56,293 nt of DNA from assembly GCA_005877305.1 (NCBI GenBank), contig VBPW01000012.1:1-56293 (forward strand), in the 5' to 3' direction. Under the pieces are notes generated by a model. That model worked only from the letters and a program-made list of their open reading frames with translations. It made no database searches and was not told the DNA's origin. Position 1 is the stretch's first letter. The number at the start of each line of letters is the position of its first letter. The position numbers were made by a program, and so were the translations under genes. This document shows, piece by piece, positions 27,618 to 37,874 of the stretch. The stretch comes from Nitrososphaerota archaeon (GTDB lineage Archaea > Thermoproteota > Nitrososphaeria > Nitrososphaerales > Nitrosopumilaceae).

Positions 27618-28394
27618 ATGAATTTGCTTGTTGCGTATCAATCAGATCCAGCTGGTTCAAACTTGGCGGCACATATCTCTCAAAGTATGAAACAAGACGG
27701 TGAGATTTATCGTGGAAAAAATTATGATCTTGCAATAATTCCAACACCTGCAATATCTGCAGATTGGCTTGAAGAAAAATATCACTACGACAGCTTTGTG
27801 TTTTTATCAAAACATGCTTCTGGAACAGGAACACTAGCTCTTACATGTCACAGTACTGGAAATTTTTCAGAAGCACTATTTGGTGGAAAACCAAGACAAG
27901 TTGCAATTCCGCACCCTCATTTACAAAAGTCTTACATGCAAGCCTTGTGGGAAAAAAGAAAATATTTTGTAAAATTTGAAATTACAATAGAGGCTACACA
28001 CCACGGTCCCACTGCACTAAACAAGCCTACCTTGTTTATCGAAGTCGGAACAACAGAAAAGCAGTGGAATGACAAGGCGTTGTGTAGTTCTGTGGCTAAA
28101 ATTGTAGAAGATGTAATGTCAAAGACACCAAAAAGCCATGATGTTGCTATTTGTTTTGGTGGTACTCATTATCCTGAAAAATTCACCAAAGAACTAATTG
28201 AAGGTCAACATGCCTTAGGTACTGTCATACCAAAACATGCTTTGGACGATATAGATAAGAAACTATTTTCTCACATTTTAGAAAGAAACAAGGAAGCAAA
28301 ACGCGCTCTGGTAGATTGGAGTGGTTTGGGAAAAAATAAACAAAAGGTAGTTGATCTTATAGAGACAACAAATCTTGAGATGATAAGAGTTTGA
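27618..28394 (+). CDS. dtdA: D-aminoacyl-tRNA deacylase, archaeal DtdA type
   Basis: 258 aa with the blocks EATHHGPT, FIEVGTTEKQW, GGTHYPEKF and VDWSG that are typical of the DtdA family as remembered from the Pyrococcus enzyme. Confidence 0.78.
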   Translation: MNLLVAYQSDPAGSNLAAHISQSMKQDGEIYRGKNYDLAIIPTPAISADWLEEKYHYDSFVFLSKHASGTGTLALTCHSTGNFSEALFGGKPRQVAIPHPHLQKSYMQALWEKRKYFVKFEITIEATHHGPTALNKPTLFIEVGTTEKQWNDKALCSSVAKIVEDVMSKTPKSHDVAICFGGTHYPEKFTKELIEGQHALGTVIPKHALDDIDKKLFSHILERNKEAKRALVDWSGLGKNKQKVVDLIETTNLEMIRV

Positions 28395-28687
28395 AACTTG
28401 AAGAAAAAGTGTACAAAAAACTTCTCGAAGTTCCACCAGGAATGGTGACTACATACGGAGAGCTCGCCAAAGCTGTTGGTATTAAAAACGGTCAAAGAGT
28501 GATTGGCAGAATCATGAACAAAAATCCGTATCCTGTTATAGTTCCATGTCACAGAGTTATAAAATCTGATGGAAAAATAGGTGGATATGCATGGGGAGAA
28601 AAGATCAAGATCAGCATGCTTTCAAAAGAAGGTGTAAAAATTAAGAATGGAAAAATTGTTGATCTAAAAATGATTTACAGATTCTAA
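28391..28687 (+). CDS. MGMT-family (O6-alkylguanine-DNA alkyltransferase DNA-binding domain) protein
   Basis: 98 aa with TYGELA...NPYPVIVPCHRVI, the PCHRV active-site motif. Only the C-terminal domain is present. Overlaps the dtdA stop by 4 nt. Confidence 0.8.
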   Translation: MKLEEKVYKKLLEVPPGMVTTYGELAKAVGIKNGQRVIGRIMNKNPYPVIVPCHRVIKSDGKIGGYAWGEKIKISMLSKEGVKIKNGKIVDLKMIYRF

Positions 28688-29136
28688 CTGTGTCGTTTGA
28701 GTGTCTCTTCAATCAAGGTTCGAAGGTGTGCTATGTTTCTGACTTGGTTTCCACCAACTTGTCTGTACAACTTCCAGTAATCTTGGTTGGTTATCTCTTT
28801 TCTACCCTTTGAAACCTTGAGTCGATGTCGAAGGGCCTTTATCTTTCTTACATATACTTGCTTTTTGCCAATACGTGTTCCCTTGGCTCCTTTCTTTGAA
28901 CCTTGTTTTGTTCCGCGCTTACGCCTTTGAGATTTCTTGTGATGTGCTCTGCCTTTGGATGTCCCTTTTATTGGTCTGACCTCAATTATGTTTGCAGTAA
29001 GTAGACTTCTAATGTTATCTCGTGTAATTGCGTCTGCAACATCATCTAAATAATCGGAATCAAACTTTATCCTGTTTGCTCCAACTCCCAAAATTCTTGC
29101 AACGAGGCGTCGTTTGGTCTTAAGATTTACTACCAC
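28684..29136 (-). CDS. rpl19e: Ribosomal protein eL19
   Basis: 150 aa with LKTKRRLVARILGVG.NRI.FD and a basic C-terminal half. Confidence 0.9.
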   Translation of the reverse strand: MVVNLKTKRRLVARILGVGANRIKFDSDYLDDVADAITRDNIRSLLTANIIEVRPIKGTSKGRAHHKKSQRRKRGTKQGSKKGAKGTRIGKKQVYVRKIKALRHRLKVSKGRKEITNQDYWKLYRQVGGNQVRNIAHLRTLIEETLKRHS

Positions 29137-29521
29137 TTGTTGACACCCTTGCGTTAAATATCTTAAAGTTCTTCTCTTTTGCTTTAGCTACTATTTCTAA
29201 TCGCTTCTTTTTTCCAACTCCGTGGCCAAGTCTTACGCCATCGATTTTTGGATCAAGCTTTTCCAAATCCTTTACATTGTAAACTAAATTATCAGTATAT
29301 CCTGATGGATGCAATCCTTTTGCAATATTTGGTCCACCATAACCGGCTTTGACAAGTGCCGGCCAACCCTTTTTCTGTTTTCTCTGATGGTTGTCAATTC
29401 CCTTTGGTTTTCTCCAGTTTTCTGCTAACCTAAAGTATCTCCAGCTCTCTTCTCTTACAAAGTCAGGTCTGTGCTGTGCTACTTTTTTTCTTTGCTCTAA
29501 CAATTCCTTGTTTATTGGCAT
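29120..29521 (-). CDS. rpl32e: Ribosomal protein eL32
   Basis: 133 aa with RPDFVREESWRY.RL...WRKPKGIDN..R and HPSGY. Confidence 0.88.
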   Translation of the reverse strand: MPINKELLEQRKKVAQHRPDFVREESWRYFRLAENWRKPKGIDNHQRKQKKGWPALVKAGYGGPNIAKGLHPSGYTDNLVYNVKDLEKLDPKIDGVRLGHGVGKKKRLEIVAKAKEKNFKIFNARVSTSGSKS

Positions 29522-29577
29522 GTAGAAGAACCTGCTTGAATTTTAAAATAAATACGTTTCTGGGGGCAAAATGCATA

Positions 29578-31236
29578 ATGAGAAGAGATAATAAGGAAAT
29601 TAGAGGCGGATTGTTTTACCCAATGATTGAAGATCTTAAGACAACTATCACTGGCAAATTTATGACGCAGCTAAAGGAACAAGGGATTACTACAAGTATC
29701 GTACACCGAAATCTACCAGTAAAATCACTTATTGATATTGTACTTGATAAAAACGAGGGTATCCTTACATCTAATGGTTCGCTTTCTGTAAGAACAGGAA
29801 AATACACTGGCAGGTCACCTGACGACCGCTATATTGTAGATGATATTGAAACCCATACTAACGTAGACTGGGGCAAGATAAATCATCCATTTCCAGAGGA
29901 TAAATTTGACAAGCTTTACGAGAAAATGAAAAAACACATAGATGGAAAAGAATTCTTTGTTTTCGATGGTTTTATTGGAGCAGATCCTGAAAACAGATTG
30001 CCAATTAGGATAATAAATGATCATGCATGGCAGAATCTTTTTGTTAGGCAATTATTCATCAGGCCATCAGTAGCAGAACTTGAATCACACAAGCCAGAAT
30101 TTACTTTGCTTACACTAAATGACTTTAAAACAATTCCTGAAGTTGATGGAACAAGATCTGATGCCTTTATCATACTAAACTTTACAAAAAAGATCGTATT
30201 GATTGGAGCGACTTGTTATGCTGGAGAGATAAAGAAGGCAATGTTTTCTGGCATGAATTACATCCTTCCACCAAAAGGTGTCTTTCCAATGCATTGTTCT
30301 GCGAACGTTGGAAAAAACGGTGACACCGCCTTATTTTTTGGACTATCGGGTACTGGAAAAACTACACTCTCTGCGGATTCAAGCAGAATGCTAATTGGAG
30401 ATGACGAGCACGGTTGGTCAGATAAAGGAATTTTTAATTTTGAAGGAGGATGCTATGCAAAATGCATCAATCTAAACCGAGAAGCAGAACCACAAATTTG
30501 GGACGCAATCAGGTTTGGTTCAGTTTTAGAAAATGTTGTAATAGACAAAAAAACTTTGGCTCCTGACTTTACTGATGGCAGCCTAACAGAAAACACCAGA
30601 GCTGCTTATCCACTTGATTACATTCCTGGTGCAATAATACCAAGTGTTGGAGGACATCCCAAAGTCATTGTATTTCTAACTGCAGATGCATTTGGTGTAA
30701 TGCCACCAATTGCAAGATTGACAAAAGAAGGAGCGATGTATCACTTCATGTCAGGATATACAAGCAAACTTGCAGGAACTGAACGAGGAATTACAGAACC
30801 CAAGGCAACATTTTCAGAATGTTTTGGTGCACCTTTCATGTCAAGACACGCGTCAGTATACGCAAAGATGCTTGGAGAAAAAATCACAAGGCACAACACC
30901 AAAGTCTATCTTATTAACACAGGATGGTCTGGAGGACCATACGGAATAGGTAAGAGAATGAACATCAAACACACAAGAATGATGGTAACTGCGGCCCTTA
31001 CTGGCGCACTTGATATAGTAAAGTATCGACACGATGAGGTATTCAATTTGGATGTGCCAGAAACATGTCCTGATGTACCTTTCGAAGTACTAAATACACG
31101 AAACACATGGGCAGAAAAAGACGGTTACGATCTTTCTGCAAGAAAACTTGCGCAGATGTTTGTCGAGAACTTTAAGAAATTTGGAAATACTCCTCAAGAA
31201 ATCCGTGATGCAGGACCACAGAACTCACATAACTAG
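29578..31236 (+). CDS. pckA: Phosphoenolpyruvate carboxykinase (ATP)
   Basis: Contains GRSPDDRYIV, the kinase-1a motif FFGLSGTGKTTLS, IGDDEHGW and NTGWSGGPYG. The track ORF start at 29476 overlaps L32e, so the first plausible ATG at 29578 (or 29623) is used. Confidence 0.9.
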   Translation: MRRDNKEIRGGLFYPMIEDLKTTITGKFMTQLKEQGITTSIVHRNLPVKSLIDIVLDKNEGILTSNGSLSVRTGKYTGRSPDDRYIVDDIETHTNVDWGKINHPFPEDKFDKLYEKMKKHIDGKEFFVFDGFIGADPENRLPIRIINDHAWQNLFVRQLFIRPSVAELESHKPEFTLLTLNDFKTIPEVDGTRSDAFIILNFTKKIVLIGATCYAGEIKKAMFSGMNYILPPKGVFPMHCSANVGKNGDTALFFGLSGTGKTTLSADSSRMLIGDDEHGWSDKGIFNFEGGCYAKCINLNREAEPQIWDAIRFGSVLENVVIDKKTLAPDFTDGSLTENTRAAYPLDYIPGAIIPSVGGHPKVIVFLTADAFGVMPPIARLTKEGAMYHFMSGYTSKLAGTERGITEPKATFSECFGAPFMSRHASVYAKMLGEKITRHNTKVYLINTGWSGGPYGIGKRMNIKHTRMMVTAALTGALDIVKYRHDEVFNLDVPETCPDVPFEVLNTRNTWAEKDGYDLSARKLAQMFVENFKKFGNTPQEIRDAGPQNSHN

Positions 31237-33275
31237 TTGTGTTTTGCCACTAACCCAACAATTGTAGAAGTAATAATTACTCCAGAAATTATAATAATTG
31301 TCTTTAGGGGAACTCCAAATGACCCTAAAAATTCAATTCCTGTTTTTTCTGCAGAAGTTTCAACCATTATTATATCATAGGCATCATCAACGACATGAGG
31401 CGTGGTTATTTGCGCATGAATCCAATACTCACCTGGTTCATTGACCGCAAGTGATGAGGTCTGTTGTGGAACAATTGATGTGCTTTGAAGTCGTTCTGAA
31501 TCTTTTTTAATTACAGAAATTTTTGCATACAACCAGCTATATGGATAATCAAGACCAAAAGTTAAAATTCCATCTTTTTGAGTTGTGTTAATTGCACCAT
31601 TTGTTACATGAACAAGGACAGGCACGTGATAAGTTGTTGTACCATCATTAATTGCAAGCATTCCATCAAAATTCCCAGTCTTATTTTTTTGGCTTGAAAT
31701 TTTTATGTTTACGAAATCATTTTCAAGGGTGGTCTCTAATTTTAGATCATTTTGATCTGGATAAAATTTTGTTTGAACATTTGTTAATGTTCCTTCTATT
31801 GTTTGTAAGTGTAATGATCTTGTTTGGTATGGTTTTTCTAAAGAGAGATTAAAGACTAGACTGTGTGGAATTATTATCAAATTAGCAGAAAATGCTCTTG
31901 TGAGATTTAATCTTCCACTTCCAGCAAGATCAAGCGGCACATTTTTTCCATAAGCATCTGTAACGGGATCAGCAGTTGTAGAAAGAATTGAGACAACTTG
32001 GTCAGGCTTGAGATTTGGATCTTTTTGTAACAATAGAGCCACTGCTCCAGCAACATGAGGTGCTGCAATACTTGTTCCACTGGTAAGATTATATTTTCCT
32101 CCTATGAGAGTAGAATTTACAAACACACCAGGTGCTACAAGGTCAGGTTTTATGTAAAATGGCGAGACTGGACCACGAGAGCTAAAAGGTGCAATAAAAT
32201 CTGGGTAACTGAATATATCTAACTTTGCTATTGTTTCATTTTGAAGAGCTTTTTTTATCGCAAGCCCATCACTTCGTGAAATTGATATGACGGGTATTGT
32301 TGGGTTGCTAGAGCTGGAATTTTTTTGAACAAGCTCACCAAAAAATATTCCAGATTTGTTGTTATAAACTATGAGAGCTTTGGCACCACTTTGTGCAGCA
32401 TTTTGTTCTTTTTCTGAAAAATAGATCTTTTCACCCTTCACATCACTTCCTCTTTCTACAAGCAAGATGGAATCTTTGACATCTACATTAGTAAGATCTC
32501 TAACTCTACCATATCCTCCAAAGACAACCTTTGCAGTAATTGGTTTTGACAGAGGCTTTGTGCCAAGCATTGGAAGCACTTGGTATTGCGTTTTGCCAAT
32601 TTCTAGCGTAGAGACAATACTTTGTGTAAGGTTGTTATAAGTTGCCCCAACTGTTATTACGTCAAGATCTTTCCCGGGACTTCCAATCGTACCTTCATCT
32701 GGTCCATTATTTCCTGCAGCTACGACAACTATTATTCCATTTTTTACAGCTTCGTTGACAGCTTGATCAATTTCATTATTTGTTTTGTTTAAACCCAGAC
32801 TGATGTTGATTACATTGACCTTGTCTTCAATTGCGCGATGAATAGCTTTTACTATAAGCTCTGATGAGACTGAATCGCCACTTGATGATACTTTATACGC
32901 AAGTAATTTTGCCTTTGGTGCTACTCCCTTGAGACTTCCATCTGCAGCAATTACTCCAGCTACTTCAGTACCATGACCAGAGGTATCAAGTGGTTTTTCG
33001 TTATTATCTATAAAATTGTAACCGCCAACAACTTTGCCAGCAGGACCAAAACCGAGAAGATCTGGATGGTTGTAATCTATTCCAGTATCTATTATGCCAA
33101 TTTTGATTCCTTGTCCTTCAAATCCCTTCTCCCTTGGAATTTCTACACCAATTAGTGACACATTTTTTTCAAGATAAAATTCAAATTTTTGTTGTTCCTT
33201 GATACCTGATAAAATAAGGAACGCACACAAAATTACTACAACAAGAGAAAAAAATACAATTTTGTAATGTTCCAA
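31233..33275 (-). CDS. Secreted subtilisin-like serine protease (peptidase S8) with PA-like insert and C-terminal TM anchor
   Basis: Catalytic triad contexts IGIIDTGID (Asp), GHGTEVAGV (His) and SGTSIAAPHVAG (Ser). N-terminal signal/TM segment and C-terminal hydrophobic helix. Confidence 0.88.
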   Translation of the reverse strand: MEHYKIVFFSLVVVILCAFLILSGIKEQQKFEFYLEKNVSLIGVEIPREKGFEGQGIKIGIIDTGIDYNHPDLLGFGPAGKVVGGYNFIDNNEKPLDTSGHGTEVAGVIAADGSLKGVAPKAKLLAYKVSSSGDSVSSELIVKAIHRAIEDKVNVINISLGLNKTNNEIDQAVNEAVKNGIIVVVAAGNNGPDEGTIGSPGKDLDVITVGATYNNLTQSIVSTLEIGKTQYQVLPMLGTKPLSKPITAKVVFGGYGRVRDLTNVDVKDSILLVERGSDVKGEKIYFSEKEQNAAQSGAKALIVYNNKSGIFFGELVQKNSSSSNPTIPVISISRSDGLAIKKALQNETIAKLDIFSYPDFIAPFSSRGPVSPFYIKPDLVAPGVFVNSTLIGGKYNLTSGTSIAAPHVAGAVALLLQKDPNLKPDQVVSILSTTADPVTDAYGKNVPLDLAGSGRLNLTRAFSANLIIIPHSLVFNLSLEKPYQTRSLHLQTIEGTLTNVQTKFYPDQNDLKLETTLENDFVNIKISSQKNKTGNFDGMLAINDGTTTYHVPVLVHVTNGAINTTQKDGILTFGLDYPYSWLYAKISVIKKDSERLQSTSIVPQQTSSLAVNEPGEYWIHAQITTPHVVDDAYDIIMVETSAEKTGIEFLGSFGVPLKTIIIISGVIITSTIVGLVAKHN

Positions 33276-33352
33276 CAGTTTTCATCAAATTTAGTTAGAT
33301 AAAATACATTTGCAACCAAACCCATAAATTGTATACGCACGTGGCTCTTAGC

Positions 33353-33970
33353 ATGGTAAAATATGAACTTCCAAAGTTGCCTTATGCATACGATGCACTA
33401 GAACCTCACATTGACGCAAAGACGATGGAAATTCACCACACTAAACATCATCAAGCCTACACAAACGGTTTGAACACCGCTTTGGAAAGTCTTAGCTCAG
33501 AGTTGCAAAATATGGAATTAACAAAACTGCTCTCAAGCTTAGATAAAGTGCCTGAGAATGTCAGGGGTGCAGTTAATTTCCACGGTGGTGGATATGATAA
33601 CCATACACTATTTTGGAATAACATGAAACCAAATGGTGGAGGAACACCTGGTGGCAAAGTATCTGATGCCATAAAATCGGTTTTTGGAAGCTTTGATACA
33701 TTCAAAGAAAAATTTTCCAAAGACAGTGGTGCAATTCAAGGCAGCGGATGGGGTTGGCTAGCTTACAATCCAGCAACAAAGAAAGTTGAATTTACAACAA
33801 TGCCAAACCAAACTAGTCCAAGAACAAAAGGATTGATTCCCTTGTTAGGACTAGATGTGTGGGAGCATGCCTACTATCTGAAATATCAGAACAGACGTCC
33901 TGACTACATCACCGCGTGGTGGAACGTAGTAAACTGGGATGAAGTAGAAAACCGACTTTCAAAAGTATAA
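33353..33970 (+). CDS. sod: Fe/Mn superoxide dismutase
   Basis: [28 protein letters not shown] and [16 protein letters not shown] are the signature motifs. ATG at 33353; the track start is a TTG at 33329. Confidence 0.93.
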   Translation: MVKYELPKLPYAYDALEPHIDAKTMEIHHTKHHQAYTNGLNTALESLSSELQNMELTKLLSSLDKVPENVRGAVNFHGGGYDNHTLFWNNMKPNGGGTPGGKVSDAIKSVFGSFDTFKEKFSKDSGAIQGSGWGWLAYNPATKKVEFTTMPNQTSPRTKGLIPLLGLDVWEHAYYLKYQNRRPDYITAWWNVVNWDEVENRLSKV

Positions 33971-34035
33971 TCTCTTCTCTTTTTTTGTTTTAATCAGAGA
34001 ATGCATTTATAGGCGGGAAAACGAATTTTTTGCAA

Positions 34036-34452
34036 ATGAGTGAAGAACAAGCCCAGACATTGCTACAACAGATGCAAGCACTTGAAGCTTACATGGCAGA
34101 CTTGTTACAAAAAGAACAAGCCGTCATGAAACTTTTACAGGAAGCAATAGGTGCAATAGAATCAATGAAGGCACTAGGCGATACACAACTTGAAACTCTT
34201 GTGCCAGTAGGCATGGGAACATATGTAAAAGCAACAATACCACCAAATGAAAAAATGGTTGTAAACATTGGAGCTGGAGCTTCAATTGAACAAGATAAAA
34301 ATTCTGCAATTAATTATGTTGAAGAAAGGATAAAGGAACTGGAAATAGTACTACAGCAATTATCTGCCCAAAAACACGAAGTTGCACTAAGACTTGAACA
34401 TGGCCAGCGAGAAATGAATCGTCTATTACAAGCAAGTCAAAGTAATCAGTAA
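34036..34452 (+). CDS. pfdA: Prefoldin alpha subunit
   Basis: About 138 aa. Coiled coil, then beta hairpin (LVPVGMGTYVKA), then coiled coil. Confidence 0.78.
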   Translation: MSEEQAQTLLQQMQALEAYMADLLQKEQAVMKLLQEAIGAIESMKALGDTQLETLVPVGMGTYVKATIPPNEKMVVNIGAGASIEQDKNSAINYVEERIKELEIVLQQLSAQKHEVALRLEHGQREMNRLLQASQSNQ

Positions 34453-34464
34453 AGGCAAAATATC

Positions 34465-35904
34465 ATGTTTGAAAAACTAAGGAACGCATTTTCTTCTGCA
34501 GTAAAGAGTTTTGGGCAGAAAGATCTAAAAGAAAAAGACATTGATGAGGTTCTCTTTGAGCTCGAAGTTGCACTTTTAGAATCTGATGTTGCAACCGAAG
34601 TAATTGATTCTCTAAAAGATGATTTAAAACAAAAGCTGATTGGCGCTACTGTAGAAAAAGAACAGATAGCAAATGTAGTAAAACAAAACCTACGGCAACA
34701 CATCTCAAGCATGTTTGACTCTGCAGGAAAAATCGACATTCTATCAAACATTCAAAAGAAAAAGAGCACAGGCGAGCCATATATCATATCATTTATGGGA
34801 ATTAACGGAACAGGCAAGACCACAACTGTAGCAAAGGTTGCATATCTTTTGCGAGAAAACAAATTCTCTGTTGTGATTGCTGCTGCAGATACATATCGCG
34901 CAGGAGCAATAGAGCAGATAACAGAACACGCAAAGAGACTAAATCTGAAAATCATTGCACAAAACTATGGGTCTGATCCAGCCGCTGTTGCACGCGATGC
35001 TGTGCTTTATGCCAAATCTCACAAGGTCGATTGTATCGTAATTGATACTGCTGGAAGAATGCAAACAAGTAAGAATCTCATGGATCAGATTTCAAAAATC
35101 AACAAAGTCGTAAATCCTGATTTGAAATTATTTGTAGGTGATTCACTAGCAGGTAATGATACTGTAAATCAAGCGCGTGAATTCTATCAGTACACCAAGT
35201 TTGATGGCTCTATACTGACAAAGAGTGATGCCGATGCACGAGGAGGCGCAGCAATATCAATAGTAAAAGCAACATCAACTCCTATCTTGTATCTTGGAGT
35301 AGGACAAGAGTACAAAGACTTGAAGCCATTTGACAAGGACTCGTTTTTGGAATCACTATTTGGTGCAGAAGAAATCTCAATTCCACAAACACAACCTGAA
35401 ATAAAAAGCCCACAACAGCAAGAAATTTCCATGCAAAAAAAAACTGAACAAGTAAAACCAGAGATTAAAGTAGAATTAAAACAAGAACTCAAACCAGAAC
35501 TAAAACAAGAAGTTAAACCTGTACAAGTTGAAAAGATCGAACCGCAAATAGAAACAAAACAGATTCCAAAACCAGCAGAAAAAGTTGAACAACCAAAACC
35601 TGCACCAAAATTAGAACCAAAACCGGTTGCAAAACAAGAGAAAATTCAGTTCGAAGACGAAGAGGATCCTTTCGCTGGAATTGCAACAAAAGACATAGAA
35701 AAATTTTCTGATCTGTTTGATGTACCTCCACCTGAAAATGATAAAGAAGCAAAGGAATTAGCAGCTAGAATCAGAAAATGGATTTCACAAGGAAGACCAA
35801 AAACTGAAGAAGATGCAAAAGAAGAATCAATAGAAGAAACAATGGAACAAGAAGATGCTAAACCTAAAAAGAAGCGCTCATTATTTGGATGGGGAAGGAA
35901 ATGA
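34465..35904 (+). CDS. ftsY: Signal recognition particle receptor FtsY with a roughly 180-aa Lys/Glu/Pro-rich C-terminal extension
   Basis: The NG domain occupies aa 1-300 (GINGTGKTTT, DTAGR, TKSDADARGG, LGVGQEYKDL). A low-complexity repeat-rich tail follows to aa 479. Confidence 0.9.
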   Translation: MFEKLRNAFSSAVKSFGQKDLKEKDIDEVLFELEVALLESDVATEVIDSLKDDLKQKLIGATVEKEQIANVVKQNLRQHISSMFDSAGKIDILSNIQKKKSTGEPYIISFMGINGTGKTTTVAKVAYLLRENKFSVVIAAADTYRAGAIEQITEHAKRLNLKIIAQNYGSDPAAVARDAVLYAKSHKVDCIVIDTAGRMQTSKNLMDQISKINKVVNPDLKLFVGDSLAGNDTVNQAREFYQYTKFDGSILTKSDADARGGAAISIVKATSTPILYLGVGQEYKDLKPFDKDSFLESLFGAEEISIPQTQPEIKSPQQQEISMQKKTEQVKPEIKVELKQELKPELKQEVKPVQVEKIEPQIETKQIPKPAEKVEQPKPAPKLEPKPVAKQEKIQFEDEEDPFAGIATKDIEKFSDLFDVPPPENDKEAKELAARIRKWISQGRPKTEEDAKEESIEETMEQEDAKPKKKRSLFGWGRK

Positions 35905-36815
35905 AATTAAAAACAAAAGACCTGTTAACACTAAACGAACTTAGCAAAAACGAACTGGCAGGAATCATAGATAATGCAATAAAACTCAAAAAAGATCTCA
36001 GGGCAGGAATTTACAAACCTCTTTTGAAAAATAAAACACTAGCAATGATATTCCAAAAGCCATCCACTCGTACACGCGTAAGCTTTGAAACTGGAATGTT
36101 CCAACTAGGTGGTCAAGCACTGAACCTAACTTCAGATGAATTGCAACTTGCGCGAGGGGAAACTATTGAAGATACATCCAAGACCCTCTCGCGTTATGTT
36201 GACATCATAATGGCCCGTGTATATTTACATGAAGAAGTAGAAATTCTTGCAAAAAATTCAACCATTCCTATAATAAATGGACTGTCTGACTCTTTTCATC
36301 CGTGCCAAATCTTAGCAGACCTTATGACAATAAAGGAAAAAAAGAAAAAACTTGGAGGTTTGAAGCTTGCTTGGGTTGGAGACGGCAACAACGTTTGTAA
36401 TTCGATGATTTACGGATGTGCCAAATCAGGAATTGATCTTAGTATTGCAACTCCTAAAGGATATGCACCAAATTCCAAAGTAATCAAAGAATCAAAAAAG
36501 TTGGTAGACATTAAACTACTCAACGATCCATTGACAGCTGTAAAAGATGCAGATGTGGTTGTCACTGATACATTTGTATCTATACATCATCAGACAACTG
36601 ACAGAACAAAAGACTTTCTACCAAAGTTTCAGGTAAATTCAGATCTCATGAAAAAAGCTGATCCCAATGCAATCTTTTTGCATTGTCTTCCAGCAAAACG
36701 TGGACAAGAAGTAACAAGCTCTGTAATTGATGGACCGCAATCAGTTGTTTGGGATGAAGCTGAAAATAGGTTGCATGCCCAAAAGGCTTTGATGGTTGCG
36801 TTACTCCAAGTCTAA
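35901..36815 (+). CDS. argF: Ornithine carbamoyltransferase
   Basis: Contains [17 protein letters not shown] and HCLPA motifs. The ATG at 35901 overlaps the ftsY TGA (ATGA). Confidence 0.88.
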   Translation: MKLKTKDLLTLNELSKNELAGIIDNAIKLKKDLRAGIYKPLLKNKTLAMIFQKPSTRTRVSFETGMFQLGGQALNLTSDELQLARGETIEDTSKTLSRYVDIIMARVYLHEEVEILAKNSTIPIINGLSDSFHPCQILADLMTIKEKKKKLGGLKLAWVGDGNNVCNSMIYGCAKSGIDLSIATPKGYAPNSKVIKESKKLVDIKLLNDPLTAVKDADVVVTDTFVSIHHQTTDRTKDFLPKFQVNSDLMKKADPNAIFLHCLPAKRGQEVTSSVIDGPQSVVWDEAENRLHAQKALMVALLQV

Positions 36816-36861
36816 CGTTTATAAGAGCTTTACCGAAATTTTTTGTAAACGAGGATAGTAA

Positions 36862-37308
36862 ATGGCATATTCACAAATATTACGTAGACTCCGGGAAGAG
36901 AAGACCAACTATAGAAAAAGAAGATATCTTCTCATGGGTAGGAGAGACTATATCACAGTTCAAATTTCAAGTGAAAATACTCTAGTTCAAATTCATAAAC
37001 CAGAAATGCAAGGAGACAAGGTTCTGGCATCAGCACATTCTAGATATCTTTTAGGCAAAGGCTGGAAAGGTTCAAGAAAAAACATTCCGGCAGCTTATCT
37101 GACAGGATATCTTGCAGGAAAAAAGGCTCTTGGTAAAGGAGTAAAAGCTGCAGTTCTTTACAGTGGTACAAGAAAATACACACAACGAATGGCAGCAGCA
37201 TTGAAAGGTGTAATTGATGCAGGTCTTGAAGTGCCAGCTGATTCCAAGAACAACGTCCAAGAGATAGAAGAGAACCAGAAGAAGAATGGGTACCTAGAAC
37301 AACTCTAG
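36862..37308 (+). CDS. rpl18: Ribosomal protein uL18, 3' end replaced by out-of-frame read-through into rps5
   Basis: uL18 sequence runs to ..VIDAGLEVPADSK (about nt 37247). The remaining 19 codons are the uS5 N-terminal region read in the wrong frame. Confidence 0.85.
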   Translation: MAYSQILRRLREEKTNYRKRRYLLMGRRDYITVQISSENTLVQIHKPEMQGDKVLASAHSRYLLGKGWKGSRKNIPAAYLTGYLAGKKALGKGVKAAVLYSGTRKYTQRMAAALKGVIDAGLEVPADSKNNVQEIEENQKKNGYLEQL

Positions 37309-37868
37309 GAAAATTAGTAAACAGTGGCAAAATAACATCCATGAAAGAAATTTATGAAAATGGTTACAGGATACAAGAAGCTGGAATTATCAAAAAACTT
37401 TTGCCGGGAATTAAAACCGAAGTAATTGATGTTGGAATTGTACAAAAGCAAACAACCAATGGTGAATATACAAGATTCAAAGCTCTAGTTGCGGCTGGAG
37501 ACGAAAATGGTTGGCTTGGAATTGGTCAAGGAAAATCAAAACAAATGAGAATTGCAATTGAAAAAGCTACAAACGCCGCATATCTTGCTGTTAGTCCAGT
37601 AAAACTTGGTTGTGGAAGCTGGGAATGTAGATGTGATAACCCACACTCTGTTCCGTTTAAAGTAAGAGGAAGAGGTGGAAGCGTTGAAATTGAAATTGTT
37701 CCAGGGCCAAGAGGTCTTGGATTGGTTGCAGGTGGAAACATTAGAAATCTGTTAAAGCTTGCAGGACTAAAAGACGTCTGGACAAAAAGCAAAGGTTCTA
37801 CTAACACAATGAATTCAACTTCAAAGGCTGTTCTTAACTGCCTAAGGCAGACATTTAGTCAAGGTTGA
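37242..37868 (+). CDS. rps5: Ribosomal protein uS5, start codon missing in this sequence
   Basis: The frame is open from 37242 and encodes ..QRPRDRREPEEEWVPRTTLGKLVNSGKITSMKEIYENG.., the typical uS5 N-terminus. The only ATG is internal (37341, the track ORF). Confidence 0.88.
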   Translation, partial: FQEQRPRDRREPEEEWVPRTTLGKLVNSGKITSMKEIYENGYRIQEAGIIKKLLPGIKTEVIDVGIVQKQTTNGEYTRFKALVAAGDENGWLGIGQGKSKQMRIAIEKATNAAYLAVSPVKLGCGSWECRCDNPHSVPFKVRGRGGSVEIEIVPGPRGLGLVAGGNIRNLLKLAGLKDVWTKSKGSTNTMNSTSKAVLNCLRQTFSQG

Positions 37869-37874
37869 AGGGTT

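Noticed and set aside
29476-29577. N-terminal 34-codon extension of the pckA ORF in the track.
   Set aside because: It overlaps the L32e coding region on the opposite strand, is hydrophobic nonsense, and precedes a plausible ATG at 29578.
35430-35650. Repetitive DNA (aaaccagaa/ctaaaacaagaa units) that at first glance resembles a tandem repeat or mini-array.
   Set aside because: The repeats are short, degenerate and in frame within ftsY, encoding KPE/ELKQ repeats. There is no repeat-spacer organisation, so this is not CRISPR or a satellite.
37040-37342. Minus-strand ORFs (100 aa and 62 aa) across the rpl18/rps5 junction.
   Set aside because: They are antisense to ribosomal protein genes and have Leu/Ser/Cys-rich shadow composition.
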